The notes under the pieces: generated by a model
Told to the model about the DNA's origin: nothing
Seen by the model: the letters and a program-made list of their open reading frames with translations, nothing else
Databases searched by the model: none
In this document: piece by piece, positions 14,205 through 25,796 of the stretch
How positions within the stretch are numbered: position 1 is the first letter of the stretch
Layout: each line of letters opens with the position of its first letter
Assembly (NCBI GenBank): GCA_021613535.1
Contig: CP075494.1
Location: 2,232,001 to 2,296,000 of the forward strand
DNA from: Adineta vaga
Taxonomy: Eukaryota > Animalia > Rotifera
Reading direction: 5' to 3'
Length of the DNA stretch: 64,000 bases
Program-made: the position numbers and the translations under genes

Positions 14205-14816
14205 AATTTTTGATTTTTTAACCTTTTGGCGGCGTGATGTGGAATATCAATGAGTCGTACGAAAAAATCAATATCTGAACGTGTTGGGTTTATTTCCTTG
14301 TTGACAATAGAAATATTTTTAAAAATTTTATTCATATGAAATACATCAATGAGAATGTGGTGATTTAAGTTATTTTAATTGATTCAAGAATATTAGTTTT
14401 TCCTTCTTAATCAGCGGCAATAAAATTACTAATATAATAGACCTATTTGCTACTGAGATCGAAAGTGAAGAAACGATACTCAAATTCACACCTGTCCTTT
14501 TTTTCATTTAAGATTCTATCGAACGTACATTTAACTATGTTTTACCTTGAAAATTCTTTTCTTTTTAGATGAAAAACTCAATTGCTATAAAGACGATTAC
14601 ATATGGATTTAATATTAATCGATCCGTCATGAAAATTCCTACAAAGCGAACTATTTCATTCTAAGTAAATAGCTTTGATTAATTTAAAAAAATAAAATGA
14701 TAGATATCTTCAAAAATGAATGATTCTTAAGTTTTTTTACGATAGAGAAGAAGAGTCAAGACATCTGAGCACCTGGAAGTGAGGGTTGAATACTGTTTAC
14801 TCCTCATCCACACCCT

Positions 14817-15161
14817 CAAATATTCGGTAAGGATTATTAAGCATATCAGAAGTATTTTCTGACATACCAGTACCAGCAACAATTCTCAATACATTTGATA
14901 GAGTATTTAATGATTTGCTTACAACTTGATGATTATTATACATTGAACAATAAAGATTAATATTATTATCGATAAACATATCGGAACATTCGAATTCCAT
15001 AATGCATTTTGACAAAATCTTGGTCGATTATAAGAAAGTGCTAATAAATGAAATATAATCGATTTATAGTCTTAGTATTTTCGAAATCTTATTCACATAC
15101 TTGATATTTGTCGAATGATCATTATTATGATCAATAGTTTCAAACTATTCACATATATCAT
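14817..15161 (-). pseudogene. truncated, internally deleted 5' fragment of the NHL-repeat gene
   Basis: Matches 34150-34789 but lacks 292 bp and ends at the duplication boundary. Confidence 0.85.
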
Positions 15162-15597
15162 TGTGAAAATTGAAACAAAAATTGTTTTGACAGTCTAAAC
15201 AATGTTATTCTCTTTTTATTTCTTGATGTCGACGATTATTTGTCCTTTTTTCATTCTGACTATAATGTTCGACTCTATCAATAATCAAATATCCTCAATA
15301 TATTTTTGTCTAAAGATCAAGTTCCAGAATAAGAAGCATCGCGACCTAAAATGTATTCTTTCAAATATTCGTATAAACGTTTTTCTATGATCTGAAGTTT
15401 GTCAATAGAAGATCAATATAAATAATAAAATGATTGATGTTTTAAATTTAGCAGAATAGGAGTGAGATATTTTCAATGATGAATTAAAGTACTGCTTATT
15501 TACATTATAAATAAAGGACCATTAAAAATGTCAAAGTGTTCTAAATGTGTTCATTTGTTTGTTGACCATGTCTATATATGAAAATTTATGAATATTT

Positions 15598-16501
15598 TTA
15601 AAAGTTTCGCATATCTGTCTGGTCCCAAATTTTAAAATTCTTCATTTGACATAGTTTTTGTAAACGCTCATTATTTTTCTTATTCATATAATTACGTATG
15701 TGTCGTTCGCTTTTTCTAACAAGAATATAAATAACAAGCCACAGAAATCCTCCAATAGCTAATTTTTCCCACCAATTCGTAGGGAAAGAGATTGGAAGTA
15801 AGAAAATCAATAAAGTAGTAAGTAAGAATGAAATTAAATATTGAAAGAATTCTTGTCGTGTTTCTCTTTGAATAATATCCTGCTTTGTTAGACATGTTGA
15901 TCCATGACCATAGAATTTACCATCATCAGTTTTATATGTTGTTACATGTCGAAATACAATTGCAATTCGATCATCAACATCATGTTTTCGTTTCTTTTTT
16001 ATTCCATGTACATAATGTTTATTGGTATGTTCATCCAATAAGAAAAGTGAATTGCTTGGGAGATTTAATTAAATCTAATTCTTGTGTAGTGCCAAAACTG
16101 ACAACAGCAATTTTTGAACCTGGTGCTAAATCTAACATTGTATCACTATGCATTTCCATACTATCATCTCCATCTCTATAATAGATAATATGAGCTAAAT
16201 TCCAAGTTTCACCTGTTTTTTGTTCCATTAAATCTTTGACTTTTTGAATAGTTGGTGTCCATGGAGTATAGATGATTTTATTTTGAGGAACTGATGACAT
16301 TGTACATCGATACCAAGGAAAATCACCCGATGGATTCATCGATGCTTGAAATGGCAATAATCGTGGTAGACGACCAAGTGAATAATCATCTTTCAATGTA
16401 TACTATTGACCATGGGAAATTTCATTACCATCTGGTCGTAATGCATTTAGTGTAGCATTTGCTTCATCAATCGACAAGAGATTTTCAATTAATTCAGGCA
16501 T
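15598..16501 (-). pseudogene. AlkB-family (ALKBH2/3-like) 2OG-Fe(II) oxygenase with C-terminal TM helices, copy 1
   Basis: YYRDGDDSMEMHSD (HxD), VVSFG, LPSNSLFLL..HYVHGI, RIAIVFR; frameshift at ~16061-16076 and an extra in-frame TAG near 16403-16405. Confidence 0.85.
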
Positions 16502-17037
16502 TTCACTCACTATACTTAATAGATTAAGGTTGTTTTTCTTTCTGTGATGGGTTTAACCATGAAAGAAAGAAAACGTCACATTTCATCATTTCTTCTTGCA
16601 GTATTTGAAATTACATTATAGTTGTGAAATACAAGGAAGAAAAAGAACAAATTTGTAATAGGCTTGTGAATTAATATGAACAGAGTATTGATCAACAAAT
16701 GAATATACATGAAATAAATAAGTATAACCAAGAAACATTTCATTAACTTACACAGTAGGATAAGATTGTTGACATGGTGCATGGGGAGTTTTCCGTTAAA
16801 AGATTTTGTCAAATAAAGTGTGATTGATGTCGATATACGTATGATCTGAATCAATCGTTGATTCACTTGTTTTACTTATTGATATGAAAATTTTATGAAA
16901 AAATGATCAGATGATCAATAGAATTATCTAAAAATGATCGGAGAGAAATTTATCGATACGAATTCATTCTTTACTATTATTCAACATTGTTTACAAAAGT
17001 TGACTCGTACAAATATAAATCTAGAATTAAGAACGTG

Positions 17038-18096
17038 CACTAATCGACGATCTTGCCCTATTCTTTCCAGATTCTTATTTTTCTTATTTTTCAGGCAAGA
17101 TTCTTGTGTTCAGACAAGATTCTTTTCAACAGAAAAGTAAAAGGAATCATACAAGAATTTCAAGATAACAAGAATCTTGTCTGAATATCCTGAACAACAA
17201 GAATCTGGAAAGAAACACAAGATATTTTAAATTTCTTAGAATTCAGACAAGACTCTTATAGTATGAACGAAAAAAAATCCTTGCTACCTTCCCAAGATAA
17301 ACGGCACGTGATGTATTCTTTGTATATAACATATATAAAGTGATATCTGAACGTTATTCATTCATTTTCTATTTAATGACTATTACAATTCACTCCAAAT
17401 ATGTACTTTTCTCAGATATAATCTTTCGAGACAACACTATATCTCAATTAAATGTAAGTAAAATATTTATTTGATCGACGAAAGAATATGGTAAGTAATG
17501 CTATTTCATATTATTTTTCTTAAATAAATTGAATTTATCAAATGTATTTCAATATTTTTGTGCTTAATCTTTCTATTTTATTTTATTTTTAGATTTTTCT
17601 GTAATTATCTACAAAAAATCTTGTTTAATGAACGATGAAAGTTTCAGATGTATCCTGGAAAGATTATATTCTTTTAAAAAGAACAGGTGTTCTTTTTACG
17701 AATAAGATGACATATTTTTTTGTATTCTTACCATTTTTTGTGAATGACGTGCAAATTTCTAATAAAATAATATAAAAAGATAGTAATAACAATCTATAAA
17801 GGCTTTTTAGTTTGATCAGAATCAGACAAGAAAGATAAGAATAACAAGAAAAGCAAGATGCAGGCAAGAGTTCAAGAAAGCCAAGAATCAGGCAAGAAAG
17901 CAAGAGAACAAGAATCTTGTCTGAAAAAATATTCTTGCCTCATCAGACAAGATTCGGTCTACAAGAACCTTACCAGAAAAGCAAGATCATATTTTTCAGG
18001 CAAGAATCTTGTATGGAAGGAATAGAAAAAGAATCATGTCTGAAGGTCAAGAAAAACAAGAACCTGGAAAGAACAGGGCAAGATCGTCGATTAGTG
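17038..18096. mobile_element. non-autonomous CACTA/CMC-type DNA transposon (1059 bp)
   Basis: Begins CACTAATCGACGATCTTGCCCT and ends AGGGCAAGATCGTCGATTAGTG (~48-bp TIR, 3 mismatches); subterminal caaga/tcttg repeats; 2-bp TG TSD shown by the empty site aagaacgTGgatac in copy 2 (~36665). Confidence 0.93.
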
Positions 18097-18821
18097 TGGA
18101 TACAAACCACAGAAATGCATATTGTCATCCATGCACATTCTTAATCTAATCGACGAATATAATGTGAAGTTTTAAGACTATAGTGTTTATTTCTTGATAA
18201 AGAGGAGGTTTAATAATATATCAGACTTTTATTTGAAAGGATACAAGATTGTTGATCATAATGGTTTCTTCTAAAAAAATTCATGATTGATTTATTGTCA
18301 TCATTTTTCTTTCGTTATGCCCTTTCGTATCCCATTGATTTTTTTTTCATTATTACACACGAGTTTTTTTCCAATGTTTATTTGCTTTCAGTCGAGAACA
18401 AGAATGTGACAATAATTTCGTTACTACAAAAAAAGAATCCAAATTGGCAGGTATAACTGATCAATTCGTAGATTATACTGCAGTTTCCATAGTAAAAGAT
18501 ACATTTGTGAAGTAAATGAATACTTTTCCCCTAAAAATGTCTAATTTTTATGTTGCTTTCAAATTCGCAAACTATATATACTAAAACAATTTGATTCATT
18601 CATTCTGTTGAGAAATGAAGCACTTATGCCTTTCTTTTTTGCCGATGTTATCATCAACATCTTCGAACAGAAATGTTTTTTCTTGTAGAAAGAGAAGAAG
18701 TAAATCTTATCTCTAAGATGGAAAGCGGCACGTTTTTTGTTGTTGTCGTTTTACTTTTAGCTTTTTTAAAACATTTTAGATTTACAACTACCTACGTCAC
18801 AAACAATAAAATTCTAACTAA

Positions 18822-21623
18822 ATGACAACTGAGCAGACTTCACTAACTTCCCATGAAGCCAACAAATATAATCATGTCAATATTCACCCAATACAAGATA
18901 TTCTTGTAGTCTGGTTAGACAGTTCCATTCACAACAATAACCAGGACAATCAAAATACAATTACACAACTTTATCACGTTGTTCATGAGATTCATACATT
19001 CACTGATAATGATCAATGTATAGAATTTATTCTCAACACCATCGACACAAAAGTATGCATGATTGTTTCCGGATCAATTGGACAACATATTGTGCCATGT
19101 ATACATGATATCTCACAAATTGATTCTATTTTTATCTTCACTGACAACAAAAATCGACATGAACATTGGGCAAAACAGTGGTGTAAGGTAAAAGATATTT
19201 CTATAGACATCACAAACATCTGTCCTCAATTACAAAAAATGATTCGTCAACATGAATACAATGCCATGCCAATGAGTTTTGTGGCACCTGAAAAACGATT
19301 GGATCAATTAGAACCGTCATTTATGTACACACAAATCATCAAAGAAATACTATTAACCATCACCTTTGAAGATAAACACATCAAAGAATATGTTGATTAC
19401 TATTGTGATACATTTGTTGACAATGATATCGATCGAAAGAAAGTTAAAAAATTGGAAAGTGGGTATCATCAGCAGACACCCATTTGGTGGTATACAACAG
19501 AGAGATTTTTGTTTGGAATGTTGAATCGTGCCTTACGAGTGATGAATGGTGAAATAATTACATTAATGGGTTTTTTCATCAGTGATCTTCATCGACATAT
19601 TGAAGAATTACACAAACAACAATTTCGAAACACTTCTACCGCTGAAATATTTACAGTTTATCGTGGTCAAGGCATGACAAAGAGAGATTTTGATGAAATG
19701 TTAAAATCAAAAGGTGGACTAATGTCATTCCATAATTTCTTATCAACAAGTAGAAAGCGCGATGCCTCGTTACTTTTTACTCCTACAAATGGACAGAATA
19801 ATGATGTGGTGAGTGTTCTTTTTGTAATGAGAATTGATCCTAGTCAATCTACAACACCATATGCTTCGGTTCGACATATCAGTCAGTTTCCAGAGGAAGA
19901 TGAAATTCTCTTTTCAATGCATACCATCTTTCGTATACATGATATGAGACTAATGGATGAAAATGAACCAGTGTATGAAGTGAATCTATCACTAACCAGT
20001 GATAATGATGAAAACTTATGTATGCTTACTGAACGCATTCGAGAAGAGAGTTTTCCGAACTCCGGAGGATGGTATAGAATGAGTTTGGTATTATCTGCCG
20101 TGGGACAATGTGACACTGCTGAACGAATATGTAAATTTCTGCATGATGAGAGAACGAACGACGGTGACAACGTATCCATTTATAACCAACTTGGTTCCAT
20201 AAAATACCAGAAAGGACAATACAAGGAAGCCATAATCCTTTATAAAAAATGTCTTGAAATTCAACTACAATCACTTCCTTCCAATCATCCAGATGTGGCT
20301 TCATCCTACAACAACATCGGTTTGGTGTATTCTGACATGGGTGATTATCCCAAAGCACTATCATCATATGAACAATGCCTCAAAATTCGACAACAATCAC
20401 TTCCTTCCAATCATCCTCAGATGGCTTCATCCTATGGCAACATCGGTTTGGTGTATTCTGACATGGGTGATTATCCCAAAGCACTATCATCATATGAACA
20501 ATGTCTCAAAATTCAACTACAATCACTTCCTTCCAATCATCCAGATGTGGCTTCATCCTACAACAACATCGGTTTGGTGTATTCTGACATGGGTGATTAT
20601 CCCAAAGCACTATCATCATATGAACAATGCCTCAAAATTCGACAACAATCACTTCCTTCCAATCATCCTCAGATGGCTTCATCCTATGGCAACATCGGTT
20701 TGGTGTATTCTAAAATGGGTGATTATCCCAAAGCACTATCATCATATGAACAATGTCTCAAAATTCAACTACAATCACTTCCTTCCAATCATCCGCATGT
20801 GGCTTCATCCTACAACAATATCGGTGCAGTGTATTCTGACATGGGTGATTATCCCAAAGCACTATCGTCACATGAACAATGCCTCAAAATTCGACAACAA
20901 TCACTTCCTTCCAATCATCCAGATGTGGCTTCATCCTACAACAACATCGGCAATGTGTATTCTGACATGGGTGATTATCCCAAAGCACTATCGTCACATG
21001 AACAATGCCTCAAAATTCGACAACAATCACTTCCTTCCAATCATCCGCATGTGGCTTCATCCTACAACAATATCGGTGCAGTGTATTCTGACATGGGTGA
21101 TTATCCCAAAGCACTATCGTCACATGAACAATGCCTCAAAATTCGACAACAATCACTTCCTTCCAATCATCCAGATGTGGCTTCATCCTACAACAACATC
21201 GGCAATGTGTATTCTGACATGGGTGATTATCCCAAAGCACTATCGTCACATGAACAATGCCTCAAAATTCGACAACAATCACTTCCTTCCAATCATCCGC
21301 ATGTGGCTTCATCCTACAACAATATCGGTGCAGTGTATTCTGACATGGGTGATTATCCCAAAGCACTATCATCATATGAACAATGTCTCAAAATTCAACT
21401 ACAATCACTTCCTTCCAATCATCCAGATGTGGCTTCATCCTACAACAACATCGGCAATGTGTATCACAACATGGGTGATTATTCGAATGCCTGTCTGTTT
21501 TGTAAATCTGCTCTTCAAATTGGAAGACAAGTATTACCAGTAGCCCATCCTCACCTCCAAATCTATGAAAGAAACTTTGACAGGGCACAAAATATTTATA
21601 AATTTATCTCCTCTCTGATGTAG
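18822..21623 (+). CDS. REC-like / mono-ADP-ribosyltransferase (R-S-E class) / TPR-array protein, copy 1 (933 aa)
   Basis: N-terminal VVWLD..TFTD..MIVSG receiver-like region; VYRGQ, FLSTS and EEDEILF ART motifs; ten 42-aa TPR units of kinesin-light-chain type. Confidence 0.92.
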   Translation: MTTEQTSLTSHEANKYNHVNIHPIQDILVVWLDSSIHNNNQDNQNTITQLYHVVHEIHTFTDNDQCIEFILNTIDTKVCMIVSGSIGQHIVPCIHDISQIDSIFIFTDNKNRHEHWAKQWCKVKDISIDITNICPQLQKMIRQHEYNAMPMSFVAPEKRLDQLEPSFMYTQIIKEILLTITFEDKHIKEYVDYYCDTFVDNDIDRKKVKKLESGYHQQTPIWWYTTERFLFGMLNRALRVMNGEIITLMGFFISDLHRHIEELHKQQFRNTSTAEIFTVYRGQGMTKRDFDEMLKSKGGLMSFHNFLSTSRKRDASLLFTPTNGQNNDVVSVLFVMRIDPSQSTTPYASVRHISQFPEEDEILFSMHTIFRIHDMRLMDENEPVYEVNLSLTSDNDENLCMLTERIREESFPNSGGWYRMSLVLSAVGQCDTAERICKFLHDERTNDGDNVSIYNQLGSIKYQKGQYKEAIILYKKCLEIQLQSLPSNHPDVASSYNNIGLVYSDMGDYPKALSSYEQCLKIRQQSLPSNHPQMASSYGNIGLVYSDMGDYPKALSSYEQCLKIQLQSLPSNHPDVASSYNNIGLVYSDMGDYPKALSSYEQCLKIRQQSLPSNHPQMASSYGNIGLVYSKMGDYPKALSSYEQCLKIQLQSLPSNHPHVASSYNNIGAVYSDMGDYPKALSSHEQCLKIRQQSLPSNHPDVASSYNNIGNVYSDMGDYPKALSSHEQCLKIRQQSLPSNHPHVASSYNNIGAVYSDMGDYPKALSSHEQCLKIRQQSLPSNHPDVASSYNNIGNVYSDMGDYPKALSSHEQCLKIRQQSLPSNHPHVASSYNNIGAVYSDMGDYPKALSSYEQCLKIQLQSLPSNHPDVASSYNNIGNVYHNMGDYSNACLFCKSALQIGRQVLPVAHPHLQIYERNFDRAQNIYKFISSLM
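20271..21530 (+). repeat. coding tandem array, 10 x 126 bp
   Basis: tcacttccttccaatcatcc recurs every 126 nt from 20271 to 21405; the last unit diverges into a capping helix. Confidence 0.97.
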
Positions 21624-23565
21624 CACAGAAAAATGTTGAATACAAAATCTATCAGCATGTAGAGATAGAAATCTTGCTCTGGCTGGCAAATAAAACAGGA
21701 GAATATTCAGAGCCAGGAACTGTGAACAACAATTTTGTGTTTCGTACTGCATCTCCCAAGAAGAAAATCGCATGATGACGAAATTAATTTGTAAGCATGA
21801 GACTACACTTTAAGTGAATTAGAGAAAGGAAAGAATATGCAAATAGACACAAAAATTGAGTGAGATCTTATGCATCTTAAATAGTATACTATGCTGTCGC
21901 AGAACGTGCGATCACATTTTTATTATTTATCATCGAGTACTATAGAATAGATGATCAATTGGTTTGCAATCAAAATCAGATATTTCTGGTTCAATTTTGT
22001 ATTTGTATTGAATTCGGTATGCTTAATTAAAAAATAAAATCCAGAAGATGGATCGAGTTGAATGATGATTTGAGTGCCTGGTGGAAATGAAGAGAAGTAT
22101 ACATCTCCCTCATACACCCACACCCCTCAAAATTCAATCTTAGAATCGAATATCATTTAAAATGAACAACTCTCGCAAAGTTTATTTTTATAAGGCCAAT
22201 AGATACTGTCATTTTAGTTTGTTAGACCATTCTAAAAGAAATACAATTCAAAAACTCTTCATTCTCTGTTAGTATGAATCATTTAGAAATCTTCTCATTT
22301 GAATCTATGCCTTTATGCAGTAATTTTGATATGATATACACTATTATTTTCTAACGTTTTCGTAGCATTGTATCGTCAACTTTAAATATCTATCTATATT
22401 TTACTAACATTCAATTTAACATTTGCTCTTTCACGTTGAAAGTGATTTTTCGCATCAAACAATTCATTGATTATCTCTCTTTGTTTTTACAATTTCTGTG
22501 TTAATCTTATAGGCCAACTAGATTTTATCAATCTGGTAGTCGTATTTGTCAAATAGGATTGTCTTTCTATGAGCATATCTTTTATTATTCGAATTTTACA
22601 TTTTACAAGACAATATTTGTTTTCATCATCTATACTGATCAATGACGATATAACATTGTGAACTTCGTTTTATTCGTCATCATCTTCTTATGATTGTTGA
22701 TATTATTTTCTTCGTGTACTCGATTACAGACTCATACTATCATCTAACCATAGTTTTAAATTGACGCTTTTGGACGAATTACTCAGCATTCATGAATTAA
22801 TTGTCGAATAAACTTGTTTGTGAAGGGAACAAAGACAATTATCTTTGAAGTTTACTTGAATTTAAATCAAGAATAAAATAATCAATTCAAATCTTAGAGA
22901 GTGACTACGAGTGTCATTTTCTTCATATTTATTTGCATTCATATCATTGAAAGATCTAATGAAACCTTATAATTTGACTGTTTTTCTTCCTCATATAGAT
23001 ACAACCTCGGTCGAATCTGAATGCATTCTAAATGATGCAGATAATTAGAATATTATTCGTTAGAAAGAAATATCCTTGTAAAATTCTATTTTCGATTAAT
23101 ATAAAAAGACCGTAATGGCTGAAGTTTCATATATATATTTACCTTTTTTTGTTTAGTTGATGAAAAGAAGTGATTCCTTATGATAATCACTTGTGAAATT
23201 TGTTTAAAACTGATTTTTGTTTTTCTGATTGCCACAAGTTGTTAAATAAAGGAGCTTAATTTAAAACAACTTTATAATATTCTGTGAGTGAGACTATAAT
23301 ATCATATTCGAATACGTTTCATAAAACTATCATAATTTCTTCGTAAATATAATGAGAGTATTATGATTTGTCTTTGTTATACCACAACGCCATCTTCCTC
23401 TATCTATATTGTTTTGTTTATCGTGTCTCTCTCTTGATTTCTAATTATATGTACATATTCTTGAATGCATTGGATTATTTTTCCTTTTCTGATTGACGAA
23501 TAATACTTATCAAATGAATCATCCATAGTGTTAATAAGTACAGAAAAGCTTCCCAACAATCTAAA

Positions 23566-24560
23566 ATGTCTCAATCGAAATCAACTATTGAATATTTTCC
23601 AAATGAAGTATTACTAAATATATTCGAATATCTTAATGGTCAACAATTATTTTCTTCATTTTTTAATTTAAATTCTCGTTTTAAATTACTTTGTATTTCT
23701 TATCGACATTATTCTATTGATACAAAGGATTTATCATTAAATAATAAAATATTTCAACAACTTATCCATTCAATTCCAGTGGAACATATTTCTTCATTGA
23801 AACTTTACTCACGAAAAGGATTATCACGAATACCAATCGAATCATTTATTTGTTTACATTCATTGACATGTTTTAATATTGATAATTCTGATAATATAAG
23901 AAGATTTATTGGAAAAATTCCTTTTCCTGATCATTTATATAACTTATCTTTAAATTTTAATTGGTATCATGCTAATATCAAAGATTTGATATCAACTATT
24001 TTAAAATTATTTCATTTAAATCGTCTTAAATTATATTTAGACTTTAAAACATTCGATTTAGATACAATTCATCAACCATTATTATCACTTGAATATTTAT
24101 CTATGAATTGTTATTTAGGAAATGATTTTTTTAAATTAGTTCCATTTATACCGAATTTAATCAATTTAAATTTATCATTTGTATATTATGAAAATGAATT
24201 TTATTATATAAATATTAAATCAAATAGTTTATTAAAATTAAAAAAAAACTTCAAATGACTAATGTTTGTGATTATTATTGTATTGAAGATATATTTCAAT
24301 TATGTCCACAAATAAAAATATTTCGAGTTAATTGTATTTCAAATAATTATAATGATTCAATGATCAATGCTAAAGATTGGGAAAATGTATTATTACCAAT
24401 GAAATTTTTAAAACAAATAGAAATTAATGTTGATGGATTAGATTCTCGAATACTTATCGATTTATCACAATATCAAACAGATTTTTGGTTACAAAGGAAA
24501 TTGAAAGTTATGACATATTATGATCAAAATAAAAACTCAACAATATTTTTTATTAAATAG
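23566..24560 (+). pseudogene. F-box/LRR-like gene, copy 1, frameshifted
   Basis: EYFPNEVLLNIFEYL F-box; A9 run at 24240-24248 versus A7 in the intact copy 2 splits the ORF (may be a homopolymer sequencing error). Confidence 0.75.
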
Positions 24561-25796
24561 AATTTTTCTATCGATTTATTTCATTTGTTATTCTCGCATC
24601 GATGTGAATAAGTGTATTTGGTTTTTCTTTTGCTTTGAAGAATAAAACGATAGAACGTATTGAAATCGAAATATTTATCAATTTCTTTTTCAATTTAGAG
24701 TACAATCAAGGGGGAGCGAGACTTCAAGAGAACACTAAAATCTTTCTTTCAGAAAAGGGTGAGCGAGTCGAAAGGATGAGTGTTACTTGTTTTAATTTAT
24801 GTTGTTAAATTATATAGTTGATAGTTGTGCGAGCATAGACGCATCTGTGCATGACTGTTCTTTAAATATTTGTCTAGATTAATACAAAAAGATTATTACT
24901 AGTTTATGCAGACATCTTTAAAGTGACATAAGCAACATTCGGATGTAATTTTTCAACGAATATTTTTGTTGAATCAAATATTTATTGTTTCTTGTTTAGA
25001 TGAATTAGATATGATAGATATTCACGCAGGAAAATAAACATTCTTAGATGTGAGTTTCTCATTGTTGGAAAACTACGTAGACAAATTGATGGGTTAGAAT
25101 AAATCCAAGAGAATTAATCTATTAATAAGATGAATAAAAAGCTGTAAACCATTGATCTATCGGAAAATAAAAAAAAATCTCTTTTATCTTAACAAGCAAC
25201 AAAATGTATTTTTAACAAATCCAGAAGAGTTGGCAACACTAACTTCGCAGTATTCAATGTAATGAAGCCACACTTTTTCCCCTCAGGTTGACAGCGTAAG
25301 TGACATGGTTCGATAGAATAATTATCTGAAACATCATTGTTATCTATAAGATCAATGATTTGATTATTTCGACGAAAATCGAGTAAATTACTACAAACTG
25401 TTTCGAAAATATTCATTTTTATATGATGTTTGTATTATCTGATAAATATATATGTTTACACCGATAAATATAAACAAGTCATGTGCTCTTTTCGCTCTAT
25501 AGTATTACATGAAAAAGAAACGGTTAAAAAATTTCAACTTGTTACGGATGAATGATCAATATACACATTATATTCTGTTTTCCTCTCACTCTCACTCTTC
25601 CCATTTTATTTTCTATTGCTATATATGAACCGCAATTAAGTTGTATCTTTGAAAATAGTAACTTCATTTATCAAATCAGGTTCACAATTAAATATTATTA
25701 TTTAAGGTAATTCATTTCTTTCTTTTTCATGATTTAGCATATTTAGTTTGTCACTTGTCTCTTCATCATTGTTTTATAAGTATTATCGAAACCATC

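Larger units (their letters stand above)
14817..24725 (+). repeat. segmental duplication, copy 1
   Basis: Collinear high identity to 34150-42905; length difference explained by the CACTA insertion, 3 extra TPR units and a 292-bp deletion. Confidence 0.95.

Noticed and set aside
16576-16866. Hydrophobic ORF present in both duplicate copies (36205-36441)
   Set aside because: Conservation is explained by the recent duplication; start differs between copies and composition is that of AT-rich noncoding DNA.
17664-18144. ORFs 16934-17140, 17664-17903 and 17917-18144 as transposase
   Set aside because: They translate the caaga/tcttg subterminal repeats; no transposase motifs.
20271-21530. CRISPR array or diversity-generating retroelement
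   Set aside because: Units are in-frame coding repeats without unique spacers; variation is not adenine-specific; no cas or reverse transcriptase gene in the window.
20254-21543. 429-aa alternative-frame ORF over the TPR array (also 38821-39732)
   Set aside because: A stop-free shifted frame in one 126-bp unit is multiplied by the repeat; the ORF starts and ends with the array.
22200-23000. Possible decayed membrane-protein gene between ART-TPR and F-box (also in copy 2)
   Set aside because: No sustained frame or diagnostic motif.
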